Source of the DNA: a virus
Lineage: Duplodnaviria > Heunggongvirae > Uroviricota > Caudoviricetes
DNA: 32,660 nucleotides
IMG/VR virus record: IMGVR_UViG_2648501400_000018
Reading direction: 5' to 3' (one strand)
Shown here piece by piece: positions 17,851 to 26,282 of this stretch. Every line of letters begins with the position of its first letter. Position 1 is the first letter of the stretch. Made by a program: the position numbers and the translations under genes. The notes under the pieces were generated by a model that had not been told where the DNA came from, searched no databases, and saw nothing but the letters and a program-made list of their open reading frames with translations.

Positions 17851-17868
17851 GCCGGGCGAATGCCCGGC
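17851..17868 (+). terminator. GC-rich hairpin downstream of the G-like gene (possible terminator/attenuator; no U-tract)
   Basis: GCCGGGC-GAAT-GCCCGGC, 7 bp stem, about 14 nt after the stop; not followed by a T-run, so intrinsic-terminator status is doubtful. Confidence 0.25.
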
Positions 17869-17879
17869 TTCACCGCCCA

Positions 17880-18010
17880 ACCTGCTTTATAAAGATTTAT
17901 AAAGCCCTTTATGCCCCGCTTTTCCCTCTCTCTCCCGGCGCGATGATTAAAGCGCTTTAAAAGCGATTTTCGCCCGTTTTTATAAAGCTATTCCCTGACG
18001 TACTACGGAG
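17880..18010 (+). promoter_or_regulatory. Candidate late promoter region upstream of the I-like gene with repeated TTATAAAG motifs and a 14 bp palindrome
   Basis: 178 bp non-coding gap inside the late operon; TTATAAAG at about 17887, 17897 and 17980; perfect palindrome TTAAAGCGCTTTAA at about 17947-17960. Confidence 0.35.
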
Positions 18011-18015
18011 GGAAT

Positions 18016-19107
18016 ATGCCCGCACCTATTCATATCTTTAAATCCGGCACGCATACCGCGATGAACGGTACGCAGATGCCGTTCACAGCGGCGGAGCTGG
18101 CCGCCTGTGCAGCCGCTTATGATCCGGCAGTGCATGAAGCGCCGCTGGTTATCGGTCATCCGACGCATGACGCCCCGGCTTACGGCTGGGTAAAGTCGTT
18201 AACCGCCTCGCAGGATGATTTGCAGGCCGAGCCTGACCAGGTTGATCCGGCCTTTGCCGAACTGGTCGGAGCCGGACGTTACAAGAAAATCTCCGCCTCG
18301 TTCTATCTGCCGGACTCCCCTAATAACCCAAAGCCCGGCGCGTTGTATCTGCGTCACGTGGGTTTTCTCGGTGCGCAGCCGCCTGCCGTGAAAGGACTGA
18401 AAGCGGTGGAGTTCAGCGAGCAGGAGGAAGGCGTGGTTGAGTTCGCCGACTGGGGACTGGCAACCAGCGCCGGAATGTTTGCCCGCCTGCGCGATTTCCT
18501 GATCAGCAAGTTCAGCCTCGACGAGGCCGACAGCGTTTTGCCGTCCTGGCAAATCGATGCGCTACGCGATGAGGCGCAGCGTGATGACCCGAAACCCGAT
18601 CCGGCTTTCAGTGAGCCAAAACCTGAACCAAAGGAGAAATCCGTGACTGAAGAAGAAATTAAGGCGATGCGCGAAGAGAATGCCCGCCTGAAAGCCGACG
18701 CCGCTGACCGCGCGAAGGCTGACGTAAAACGCCGTGCCGACGAGCTGCACGCCACCAACGTCTCCTTTGCCGAGGAGCTGGTGACCGGCGGCAAGCTGAC
18801 GCCTGCGGCTAAAGGCGTGGTTGTCGCGCTGCTGGATGAAGTAAGCAAAGGCGATGCGCCGGTGGAGTTCGCCGAGGGCGATGTGAAGAAACCACTGGCG
18901 ATGGCCTTTAAAGAACTATTGACAGGCGCTGCGCCGGTGCTGGATTTCAGCGAAGTTGCCAGCAAAGACCGCGCCAACCGCGACGTCGTGCGCACCGTCG
19001 ATTTTGCCGACGCCGACCCGGAGCAACTGGCGGTGCATAACAAGGCCGTAACGCTGGCGAAGGCCGAAGGCATCAGTTACGAAGCCGCCGTTAAACGCTG
19101 CTTATAA
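18016..19107 (+). CDS. Mu I-like prohead protease/scaffold protein
   Basis: 363 aa ORF; N-terminal PLVIGHPTHDAPAYGWV region and charged K/E/A-rich coiled-coil-like C-terminal half, as in Mu I (protease with in-frame scaffold). Confidence 0.6.
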   Translation: MPAPIHIFKSGTHTAMNGTQMPFTAAELAACAAAYDPAVHEAPLVIGHPTHDAPAYGWVKSLTASQDDLQAEPDQVDPAFAELVGAGRYKKISASFYLPDSPNNPKPGALYLRHVGFLGAQPPAVKGLKAVEFSEQEEGVVEFADWGLATSAGMFARLRDFLISKFSLDEADSVLPSWQIDALRDEAQRDDPKPDPAFSEPKPEPKEKSVTEEEIKAMREENARLKADAADRAKADVKRRADELHATNVSFAEELVTGGKLTPAAKGVVVALLDEVSKGDAPVEFAEGDVKKPLAMAFKELLTGAAPVLDFSEVASKDRANRDVVRTVDFADADPEQLAVHNKAVTLAKAEGISYEAAVKRCL

Positions 19108-19118
19108 AGGAGAAAAGA

Positions 19119-19370
19119 ATGGCAAATCATTTACAGGGTAAACGCGTCGTTAACCCTATCCTGACCACCGTTGCGCGTGGCTATAAAAACGCGGCGTTTA
19201 TCGGGGAGAAGATTTTCCCGGTGGTGGAGATGGATAAAGAAGGCGCAACGGTGCCGACGTTCGGCAACGGCGTGTTTGCCGTCTATGAGACGAAACGCGC
19301 CGTGGGTGCTGACAGTAACGTCATGATCCGTGAGAAAACCGGTAAAGCTGGACGCAGTGACATATATTGA
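19119..19370 (+). pseudogene. Short ORF of uncertain identity joined out of frame to the sheath gene (possible 5' remnant of the major capsid gene, or an aberrant sheath N-terminus)
   Basis: 83 aa ORF in the position where Mu-like phages carry the major head gene T; terminates inside the start of the sheath reading frame (overlap 19330-19370). Confidence 0.3.
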
Positions 19371-20100
19371 TGCCCCCATCGGCACCACGTTCAGCCAGGT
19401 GCTTGCAGGTCGTGGCGCATCCGGGACGATCAATTTTAACACCAGCTCCGAACGCGCCCGTCTGTGCTATCCGCATGTCAAGGTGTACGACGCCGCCTCC
19501 GACAGCGAACGGCTGGAGCCGCTCTCGTCGCGCGCCGCTGGCCTGCGTGCCAAAGTGGACCTGGATAACGGTTTCTGGTGGAGCAACTCCAACCAGGAAA
19601 TCCTCGGCATTACTGGTGTGGAACGTTCGCTGTCGGCGATGATTGATGACCCGCAAAGCGAGGTGAACCAACTGAACGAAAACGGCATCACCACCGTTTT
19701 CAACAGTTACGGCACTGGGATGCGACTGTGGGGCAACCGTACCGCCGCCTGGCCAACCGTGACCCATATGCGCAACTTTGAAAATGTGCGGCGTACCGGG
19801 GATGTGATTAACGAGTCGATCCGTTATTTCAGTCAGCAGTATATGGATATGCCGATTAACCAGGCGTTGATTGATGCGCTGACCGAGTCAGTGAATGCCT
19901 ACGGGCGCAAACTGATTGGCGACGGCGCGCTGCTCGGTTTTGAATGCTGGTATGACCCGGCGCGTAACGAACAGACCGAGCTGGCCGCTGGCCATCTGTT
20001 GCTGAGTTACAAATATACGCCGCCTCCGCCGCTGGAACGGCTGACGTTTGAGACGGAAATCACTTCGGAATATCTGGTTAATCTGGAAGGTAAACGCTGA
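19330..20100 (+). CDS. Tail sheath protein, P2 FI-like C-terminal portion (N-terminal region missing or frameshifted)
   Basis: AAGLRAKVDLDNGFWW, LNENGITTVFNSYGTGMRLWGNRT and YKYTPPPPLERLTFETEITSEYLVNL match the remembered C-terminal two-thirds of P2 FI; reading frame opens only at 19330. Confidence 0.6.
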   Translation: MRKPVKLDAVTYIDAPIGTTFSQVLAGRGASGTINFNTSSERARLCYPHVKVYDAASDSERLEPLSSRAAGLRAKVDLDNGFWWSNSNQEILGITGVERSLSAMIDDPQSEVNQLNENGITTVFNSYGTGMRLWGNRTAAWPTVTHMRNFENVRRTGDVINESIRYFSQQYMDMPINQALIDALTESVNAYGRKLIGDGALLGFECWYDPARNEQTELAAGHLLLSYKYTPPPPLERLTFETEITSEYLVNLEGKR

Positions 20101-20624
20101 TGGGCGGAAAAATTGAAGTTAACCGTATTACCAACGCCAATATCTATATCAACGGTAATAACCTGCTGGGCCGCGCGGAGGAGATTAAGCTGCCGGATAT
20201 CAGCATGATTATGCAGGAGCATAAGGCGCTGGGGATGGTCGGTAAAATCGAATTGCCTGCCGGGTTCGATAAGCTGGAGGGCGAGATTAAGTGGAACTCG
20301 TTTTATCGCGAAGTGATGCGTCATGCGGCCAATCCGTATAAGTCGCTGGCGTTGCAGTGCCGCTCCAGCATCGACCGCTATAACTCGACGGGCCGTATCG
20401 ATGAAATCCCGCTGGTGACGCACCTGACCATTATGTTCAAGAAGAATCCGATGGGGACGTTTAAGCAGCACGAAAACCCGGATTTTTCCAGTGCCTTTAG
20501 CTGCACCTATATCAAACAGGTGGTGGACGGCGAGACGCTGCTGGAGCTGGATTATCTGGCGAATATCTTCAAAGTGAATGGTGTGGATCAGTTGAGTACC
20601 TATCGCGCCAATATTGGCGGTTAA
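20100..20624 (+). CDS. Tail tube protein (P2 FII-like)
   Basis: 174 aa ORF directly after the sheath (ATGA-type overlap); pattern NANIYINGNNLLGRAEEIKLP...LLELDYLANIFKVNGVD resembles the P2-type tube family. Confidence 0.6.
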   Translation: MGGKIEVNRITNANIYINGNNLLGRAEEIKLPDISMIMQEHKALGMVGKIELPAGFDKLEGEIKWNSFYREVMRHAANPYKSLALQCRSSIDRYNSTGRIDEIPLVTHLTIMFKKNPMGTFKQHENPDFSSAFSCTYIKQVVDGETLLELDYLANIFKVNGVDQLSTYRANIGG

Positions 20625-20672
20625 CCGCTCATTAAAGCTGTTTAATACTGTTTGTGTAGTCCCTCCTCAATA

Positions 20673-20698
20673 CTGTCCTCATCATTTGATGAGGACAG
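20673..20698 (+). promoter_or_regulatory. Perfect 12 bp-stem hairpin covering the ribosome-binding site of the tail chaperone gene
   Basis: CTGTCCTCATCA-TT-TGATGAGGACAG in the tube-chaperone gap; the GAGGA inside the 3' arm is the only Shine-Dalgarno-like sequence upstream of the ATG at 20704. Confidence 0.4.
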
Positions 20699-20703
20699 CT
20701 ACC

Positions 20704-21027
20704 ATGAAAGACACTTTCGAACTGCAATACCCTTTCACCGCGCCCTCCGGGCAGCACATCGACGAACTGCAACTGACCCGCCTGAAGGTGAAGGATATGC
20801 GCGCTGCGCGCCGTATCAGCGACAAACCGGAGGACTGGGATGAACCGCTGCTGGCGGCGATGACCGGGCTGGTGCCGGAAGATTTAGCTGAAATGGATCT
20901 GGCGGATTACCAGGCATTGCAGAAACGATTTCAAAACATGCTTGGGCTGGGCGGCGAATCCGCAGCAACTGTGGCAGGCGATGGCACTGCTGGCGCGGTG
21001 GTTTCGGTTTCAGCCGGGGGAAATTGA
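20704..21027 (+). CDS. Tail assembly chaperone (P2 gpE-like)
   Basis: 107 aa ORF between tube and tape-measure genes; low-complexity G/A/S-rich C-terminus; overlapped by an out-of-frame extension ORF. Confidence 0.55.
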   Translation: MKDTFELQYPFTAPSGQHIDELQLTRLKVKDMRAARRISDKPEDWDEPLLAAMTGLVPEDLAEMDLADYQALQKRFQNMLGLGGESAATVAGDGTAGAVVSVSAGGN

Positions 21028-21103
21028 CGGGCTGGCGGTGGATGATTTTGAGCGCTGGCTGGATGAGGCCAGCGCGCAGATTAAGCGTGAGAGCGGAAGC
21101 TGA
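20888..21103 (+). CDS. Out-of-frame extension of the tail chaperone (E'-like), reachable only by translational frameshift
   Basis: The +1 frame is open from about 20888 to a TGA at about 21101-21103 and reads protein-like sequence (NPQQLWQAMALLARWFRFQPGEIDGLAVDDFERWLDEASAQIKRESGS); slip site not identified. Confidence 0.4.
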   Translation: MKWIWRITRHCRNDFKTCLGWAANPQQLWQAMALLARWFRFQPGEIDGLAVDDFERWLDEASAQIKRESGS

Positions 21104-21341
21104 TATGGCTGATAGCGGTAAACAACACGGTGAGTGCAACCAGAACGGGTTCCAGTACCAGCGCCACCAGTAACGCCGCCAGTGAGCCGAAGAAAACCCC
21201 GCCGCAGACAAACAACAGAATAACAAACCCGTCGTTGCTTGCTGTTAATCCGTAACTTGCCATCAGGTAAAGAATGGTTAACCAGGCAACGGCAGCGCAG
21301 GTAAAACGAAGCGCATCAAACACCATCGTTATTTTGTTCAT
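21081..21341 (-). CDS. Small membrane protein encoded antisense to the tail operon
   Basis: 86 aa ORF with 2-3 hydrophobic helices (AAVAWLTILYLMASYGL; FVILLFVCGGVFFGSLAALLVALVL) filling an otherwise non-coding gap; AGAGGGAA Shine-Dalgarno-like sequence upstream of its ATG. Confidence 0.5.
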   Translation of the reverse strand: MNKITMVFDALRFTCAAVAWLTILYLMASYGLTASNDGFVILLFVCGGVFFGSLAALLVALVLEPVLVALTVLFTAISHISFRSHA

Positions 21342-21382
21342 ACCGTTCCCTCTTCTTTGTCTCTTTTACGGGAGTGTAAAAC

Positions 21383-24070
21383 GTGGCTGCTGAATTTTCA
21401 ATCGGTGTGGTGATTAAAGGGATGATGGCGGGTTCGCTGTTGTCGGCTATTGGCGGAACGCAAAAAACCTTAAAAGGGCTGGAATCCACCACCGCACGCC
21501 TGAAAAAGCAACATGCAGATATGACGCAGGAACTGGCGCGTAATACCAATGGCAGCACCGAAGCCACGGCGCGACTAAACCGCGAGTTACAGAGTGTGGG
21601 CAGGACGCTGGAGAACCTGAAACTGCGGCACGATAACTTAGCTAACGCTGCCAGCCGGAGCGCTGCGCTGCGCTCCCAGCGCATGGAACTTTACGGACGC
21701 GGTCTGGAGACGATGGCGCAGGCAAAGGTAGTGTCGTCCCCCGTTGTTGCCTCGGTAAAACAGTATGCCGCCTTTGAGTCCGGGCTGCGTGATATCGCCG
21801 TGACGGGGGATCTGGACAGTAAGCAGGAGGCAGCAATTGGCAATGCCATTCGTCAGGCGGCAGGTCAGGTTAACCAGATGCAGGAGACGTTGCTTGGCGG
21901 CGTGAATCAACTGGTGGCTGATGGCATGAATCCAGAGAAAGCGGCAAATATGATTGGCCTGCTGGGTAAAACAGCCACCGCCACCGGCGCTGATATGACC
22001 GACCTGGCGAAAATGACCTATGCCTTCAGCGACGCGCTAAAAATCGGCGATGGCAAGGAGATGGAAGAGGCCTTTGCGCTGGCCGCTGCGGGTGCCAAAA
22101 CCGGCTCTTTTGAGCTGAAAGATATGGCAAAAGCGTTGCCGACGCTGGCAAAAAGTTTTGCCGCCAAAGGTATTACTGGCCCGGAGGCGATCAAGGAAAT
22201 TATTGCTTCACTGGAGCTGGGAAAAGGTGCAGGTTCGGCGGAGGAAGCCGTCACCAACATGACCAACTGGATGGGGGCGATGACGCGCGGTGACACTATC
22301 AAGAAATATGAAAAAGCGGGCGTGAAATATGATGCCTCCATGCAGGATTATGTTGCCAAGGGGTATTCGCAGTACGAAGCCTCGCTGATGATTGCCAATG
22401 AGTTTATTGACGGGAAAGGTGCGGCCTTTAAAAAGCAATGGGAGGCTGCGGGGGCAAAAGGCGACGGTGAAGCACAGCAAAAATTGATGGAATCCTTTGG
22501 TCTGTCAGAAATCTTTACCGATATCCAGACCGTCAACCATTTGCTGTCAATGCGTCAGAACTGGAGTCAGTACCAGACTAAAAAAACACAGATGGCGACC
22601 CCGGAAGCGCAAAAGACGCTGGATACCGACTTCGCAAAACAGGGCGATACGCTGGAGGCTCGTTGGCGAAAATCACAGGTTGCGCTGAATGAAGTGGCGT
22701 TGAGTATCGGCAGTTCGTTGTGCCCGGCGCTGATATCGCTGATGGATACCGTGGTGCCGTGGCTTGATGCGCTGGGGAAATGGGCAGCGGCGAACCCGGA
22801 AATTATCGCCGGGATCGGGAAAGCGGCGGCGGGATTTTTTGTTATTAAAAGTTCGATGATTGGCACCCAGATTGTGGCCAACTATTTATTTTCCACCTGG
22901 GCGGGCGGCGCAAAGGCGATTGCATTACTGGCTGCAAAAGGTACGCAGTTAAAAGCTGCCTTTTCCGTTGGTGGTAAACTGGCAGGCATCACTAAGTTGT
23001 TCGGCTCACTGGCGCGTGGCGCGTTGTCACTGGGTAAAATACTCGGTGGCGGACTCCTGCGCGGTCTGATGATGGCAGGACGCGCGGTGTTGTTTTTGGG
23101 CCGGGCGCTGATGATGAATCCCATCGGTCTGATCATCACCGGCATCGCCGTGGCCGCGTATCTGATTTACCGCTACTGGGGGCCGATTTCCGCTTTCTTT
23201 AAGCGGCTGTGGGCGCAGGTCACGGTAGCGTTTCGTGGGGCGTGGAGCGGCATCAAAGGTATCTGGAGTGGTGTGTCGGGCTGGTTCTCTGGTATCTGGG
23301 CGCAAATCAAAACCGCGTTCAGCGGCGGGATTGGCGGCGTGGCAAAGCTGATTACCAACTGGTCGCCGCTGGGCCTGTTCTATAAAGCCTTTGCCGGGGT
23401 GATGAAATACTTCGGTATTGATATGCCGAAAAACTTTACCGATTTTGGCGGCAATCTGATTAACGGTCTGGTGAACGGTATCGGCAATGCGCTGACTGCC
23501 GCGAAAGAGACGGTCGTTAACTTTGGTAACTCGATTTCAGGCTGGTTTAAGGAGACGCTGGGGATTCATTCCCCCAGCCAGGTGTTTGCCGGGTTCGGCG
23601 ACAATATCGCGCAAGGGGCCGCTATCGGTATCAACCGCACCGCCCCGGATGCGATTTCCGCCAGCCAGCAGATGGCACAGGCATTGATTCCACCCGCACC
23701 GGGTATCGTTGTTCCGGGCATTGCGGTGTCGGCCATTCCCCGACAGTCAGACGTTATGTTACATGGTGCTATGGGTGCGGCGCTGTCACAACCAAAACCA
23801 TTGCCGCCGATAACCCCCGGTGTCGCAGTCCCTGCTGTTCCTGAACTGCCGAAAAGTACCGCGCCAGCCGCCAAAGGCCGCAATGCCAGTGCGCACGTAC
23901 CGGGGCAGTCGTCCGGGGTGAATGTCACCTTCGCGCCGCAAATCACTATCAAAGGCGCAGCCTCAACGACCGAAGGTGAAATCACCTCGGCGCTGAAACT
24001 GAGCCTGCACGAACTGGAGAAGATGATGGAGCGGATTATGGCGCGTCGTGAACGCCGGGAGTATGCGTAA
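21383..24070 (+). CDS. Tail tape measure protein
   Basis: 895 aa ORF downstream of the chaperone/frameshift pair; long helical A/K/Q-rich regions and G/W-rich hydrophobic repeats (GIWSGVSGWFSGIWAQIKTAFSGG) typical of tape measure proteins. Confidence 0.75.
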   Translation: MAAEFSIGVVIKGMMAGSLLSAIGGTQKTLKGLESTTARLKKQHADMTQELARNTNGSTEATARLNRELQSVGRTLENLKLRHDNLANAASRSAALRSQRMELYGRGLETMAQAKVVSSPVVASVKQYAAFESGLRDIAVTGDLDSKQEAAIGNAIRQAAGQVNQMQETLLGGVNQLVADGMNPEKAANMIGLLGKTATATGADMTDLAKMTYAFSDALKIGDGKEMEEAFALAAAGAKTGSFELKDMAKALPTLAKSFAAKGITGPEAIKEIIASLELGKGAGSAEEAVTNMTNWMGAMTRGDTIKKYEKAGVKYDASMQDYVAKGYSQYEASLMIANEFIDGKGAAFKKQWEAAGAKGDGEAQQKLMESFGLSEIFTDIQTVNHLLSMRQNWSQYQTKKTQMATPEAQKTLDTDFAKQGDTLEARWRKSQVALNEVALSIGSSLCPALISLMDTVVPWLDALGKWAAANPEIIAGIGKAAAGFFVIKSSMIGTQIVANYLFSTWAGGAKAIALLAAKGTQLKAAFSVGGKLAGITKLFGSLARGALSLGKILGGGLLRGLMMAGRAVLFLGRALMMNPIGLIITGIAVAAYLIYRYWGPISAFFKRLWAQVTVAFRGAWSGIKGIWSGVSGWFSGIWAQIKTAFSGGIGGVAKLITNWSPLGLFYKAFAGVMKYFGIDMPKNFTDFGGNLINGLVNGIGNALTAAKETVVNFGNSISGWFKETLGIHSPSQVFAGFGDNIAQGAAIGINRTAPDAISASQQMAQALIPPAPGIVVPGIAVSAIPRQSDVMLHGAMGAALSQPKPLPPITPGVAVPAVPELPKSTAPAAKGRNASAHVPGQSSGVNVTFAPQITIKGAASTTEGEITSALKLSLHELEKMMERIMARRERREYA

Positions 24071-24976
24071 TGTTTGCCGTACTGGGGGATATTGAGTTTG
24101 AGGTGGTGACCTACTGGGACGGCTTTGATGCGTCGTTTGGCATGGATTACGCCGAGCACGCACGCATCGAAGGCAAACCGGGGTTGCAGTTTATCGGCGA
24201 AAAGCTGGATGAAGTCAGCATCAGTCTGGTGTTCCATGACCACTATTGCCAGCCGGATGTTGAACTGGCGCGGCTGCGTGGCGCATCAGGCGCTGGCGCT
24301 GGTGTTCGGCAACGGGGACTATCGCGGCTGGTTTGTGGTAACCGATATTCGGGCGACCAGCCAGCAGACCGATGGCCTCGGTAATGTGCAGGCGTTAAGT
24401 GCAGAGCTGTCGCTGAAGGAGTACATCGGCGATCCGAAAAATCCCCTGACGCCACCGGCTGTGTCCGGGGACGATCCGAATATCGATTCGTGGTCTGACG
24501 ATGCCGACGACAGTTTTTCCGGCAGCGATATGTTCGACGGCCTAAGCGATATTACCGACGGGCTGGATGCGGCATCGGACGCGCTGGATGCCGCAGAGCA
24601 GGCGTTCGATGAGGCAGTGTCGTGGGCGGAAGATGTGGTGGAGCAAGTTGAAGATGCGATTGATGACGTACTTTCACCGCTGGAGGACGTTCTCAATGAG
24701 GTGTTATCACCACTCGATGAGGTGATGCAGGCGCTGGAGGGTATCATGGGCGGCGGCGTACTGACCGATGCTCTCGGCGAGGTCGGGCAAGTCGCCTCGC
24801 AGATTTACGATGAAATCAGCAGTACGTTGACCGGGCTTGACGGTATCACCCCCGACAACTTTGCCGATCTGTTCTCGCAGGCACTGGACGTGGTGCGCAA
24901 CGGTCAGTCATTGATGGAAGCGTGTTCTCCCGCCGTTAGCAGGCTGGCGGCGGCAATCATTACCAGGAGCGTGTGA
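24070..24976 (+). pseudogene. Tail protein gpU-like / Mu DNA-circulation (N)-like gene with a +1 frame change near 24277-24290
   Basis: Frame A (24070-24384) has a gpU-like N-terminus up to ...DVELARLR; frame B (24125-24976) continues the family pattern from ...HQALALVFGNGDYRGWFVVTDI and carries an acidic C-terminal region. Confidence 0.5.
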
Positions 24977-25194
24977 TGGGCGGCTGGATTGAACATATCA
25001 CCACCGAGGGCGAGCGCTGGGATAATCTGGCGTTCCTCTATTACGGCGATCCAATGGGCTATGAGCGCATCATTGTCGCTAACCCCCATATTGCGATCAC
25101 GCCGACACTGGCCTCCGGGCTGCGGTTGCGTATTCCGGTGATCGGCCCGATGCAGGTGCATAACGTTGATGAGGTGCCGCCGTGGCTCAGGTAA
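24973..25194 (+). CDS. Tail protein X-like (LysM-like small tail protein)
   Basis: 73 aa ORF; pattern GERWDNLAFLYYGDPMGYERIIVANPHIAITPTLASGLRLRIP resembles P2 gpX. Confidence 0.6.
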   Translation: MMGGWIEHITTEGERWDNLAFLYYGDPMGYERIIVANPHIAITPTLASGLRLRIPVIGPMQVHNVDEVPPWLR

Positions 25195-26282
25195 ATGCCG
25201 TTATCACCCCCGTTTTCACCCTGTTTTACGGGCAGAAAGATATCACTCACGATATTGCTCCTTTTGTCCTGAGCGTGACGTATACCGACAGTCTCAAGAG
25301 CGAATCGGATGAAATCGACGTGCAGGTGGAAGACACCGCCGGGCGCTGGCGCGAGGCGTGGTATCCGGGCAAAGGCGATATGCTGATGCTGAAGTTGGGC
25401 TATCAGGGCGAAGCGTTGCTGGACTGTGGAGCGTTCTCCATCGATGAGATTGAGCTGGGCGCACCGCCGGATACGGTATCCATTCGCGGCGTGGCGACGT
25501 CGGTCAACAGCGCTCTGCGTACCGCCTCCAGCGAGGGCTACGAAGAGACGACGCTGGATGCGATTGCCAGCCGTATCGCGCAGAAGCATGGTCTGAAGCT
25601 GGTCGGTCAGATAGAGCCGATTACCATTGACCGGGTGACGCAATACGCGGAAACCGACGTCGGTTTTCTGAAGCGGCTGGCGGGTGAGTATGGTTATGCG
25701 CTGAAAGTCACCACTGGCGAGCTGGTGTTTTCCCATCTGGCTACACTGCGAAGTAACGCGCCGGTGACGACGCTGACGCCGCAGGATGTAGCGCGCTGGT
25801 CGCTGCGCGATACCATCAACCGCATCTATAAGGATGCAAAGGTGGCGCATCAGAAGAGTAAAGAGAAGACGCTGGTGACGTACCACGCCGACGGCCCGCC
25901 GACCACGGAGACGCGTGGTAAATCGACCAGCGCCGATACGCTCAAGGTCAATGCACGGGCGGCGGATCAGGGGACGGCGCAGGTGAAAGCCGAGGCGGCG
26001 CTGGATGACCATAACGAGTATCAGCAGACCGGTTCGCTCTCGATGATGGGCAACACGCAGCTTATCGCCGGGAACAAAATCACTCTCGACGGGTTCGGCG
26101 TGCTCTCCGGGGAGTGGCTGATCACCAGCGCCCGTCACTCGTTTGACCGTTCATCGGGCTACAGCACCGAAATTGAGGTCGGACGTGGCCCGAAAACGGC
26201 CTCCGGCGGCGGGAAGAAGAAAAAACCGGATACGCTGACCGTCTATCACCCGGACGGCCCACCCACCCAGGAGAAAAAATGA
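25182..26282 (+). CDS. Baseplate hub / late control D-like tail protein
   Basis: 366 aa ORF immediately upstream of the gpV-like spike gene; size and synteny as P2 gpD / Mu P-like proteins. Confidence 0.55.
   Translation: MAQVNAVITPVFTLFYGQKDITHDIAPFVLSVTYTDSLKSESDEIDVQVEDTAGRWREAWYPGKGDMLMLKLGYQGEALLDCGAFSIDEIELGAPPDTVSIRGVATSVNSALRTASSEGYEETTLDAIASRIAQKHGLKLVGQIEPITIDRVTQYAETDVGFLKRLAGEYGYALKVTTGELVFSHLATLRSNAPVTTLTPQDVARWSLRDTINRIYKDAKVAHQKSKEKTLVTYHADGPPTTETRGKSTSADTLKVNARAADQGTAQVKAEAALDDHNEYQQTGSLSMMGNTQLIAGNKITLDGFGVLSGEWLITSARHSFDRSSGYSTEIEVGRGPKTASGGGKKKKPDTLTVYHPDGPPTQEKK

Noticed and set aside
18354-19073. 239 aa minus-strand ORF opposite the I-like protease/scaffold gene
   Set aside because: Ser/Ala-rich low-complexity translation antisense to a supported gene.
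19119-20100. Reading the whole interval as one intact major capsid gene
   Set aside because: The C-terminal 256 aa match the sheath family, not capsid proteins, and the two parts are in different frames.
23566-24243. 225 aa minus-strand ORF inside the tape measure gene
   Set aside because: Antisense to the tape measure gene with no independent signals; shadow ORF.
25059-26138. 359 aa minus-strand ORF opposite the D-like and X-like tail genes
   Set aside because: Arg-rich, low-complexity translation opposite strongly supported tail genes; shadow ORF.
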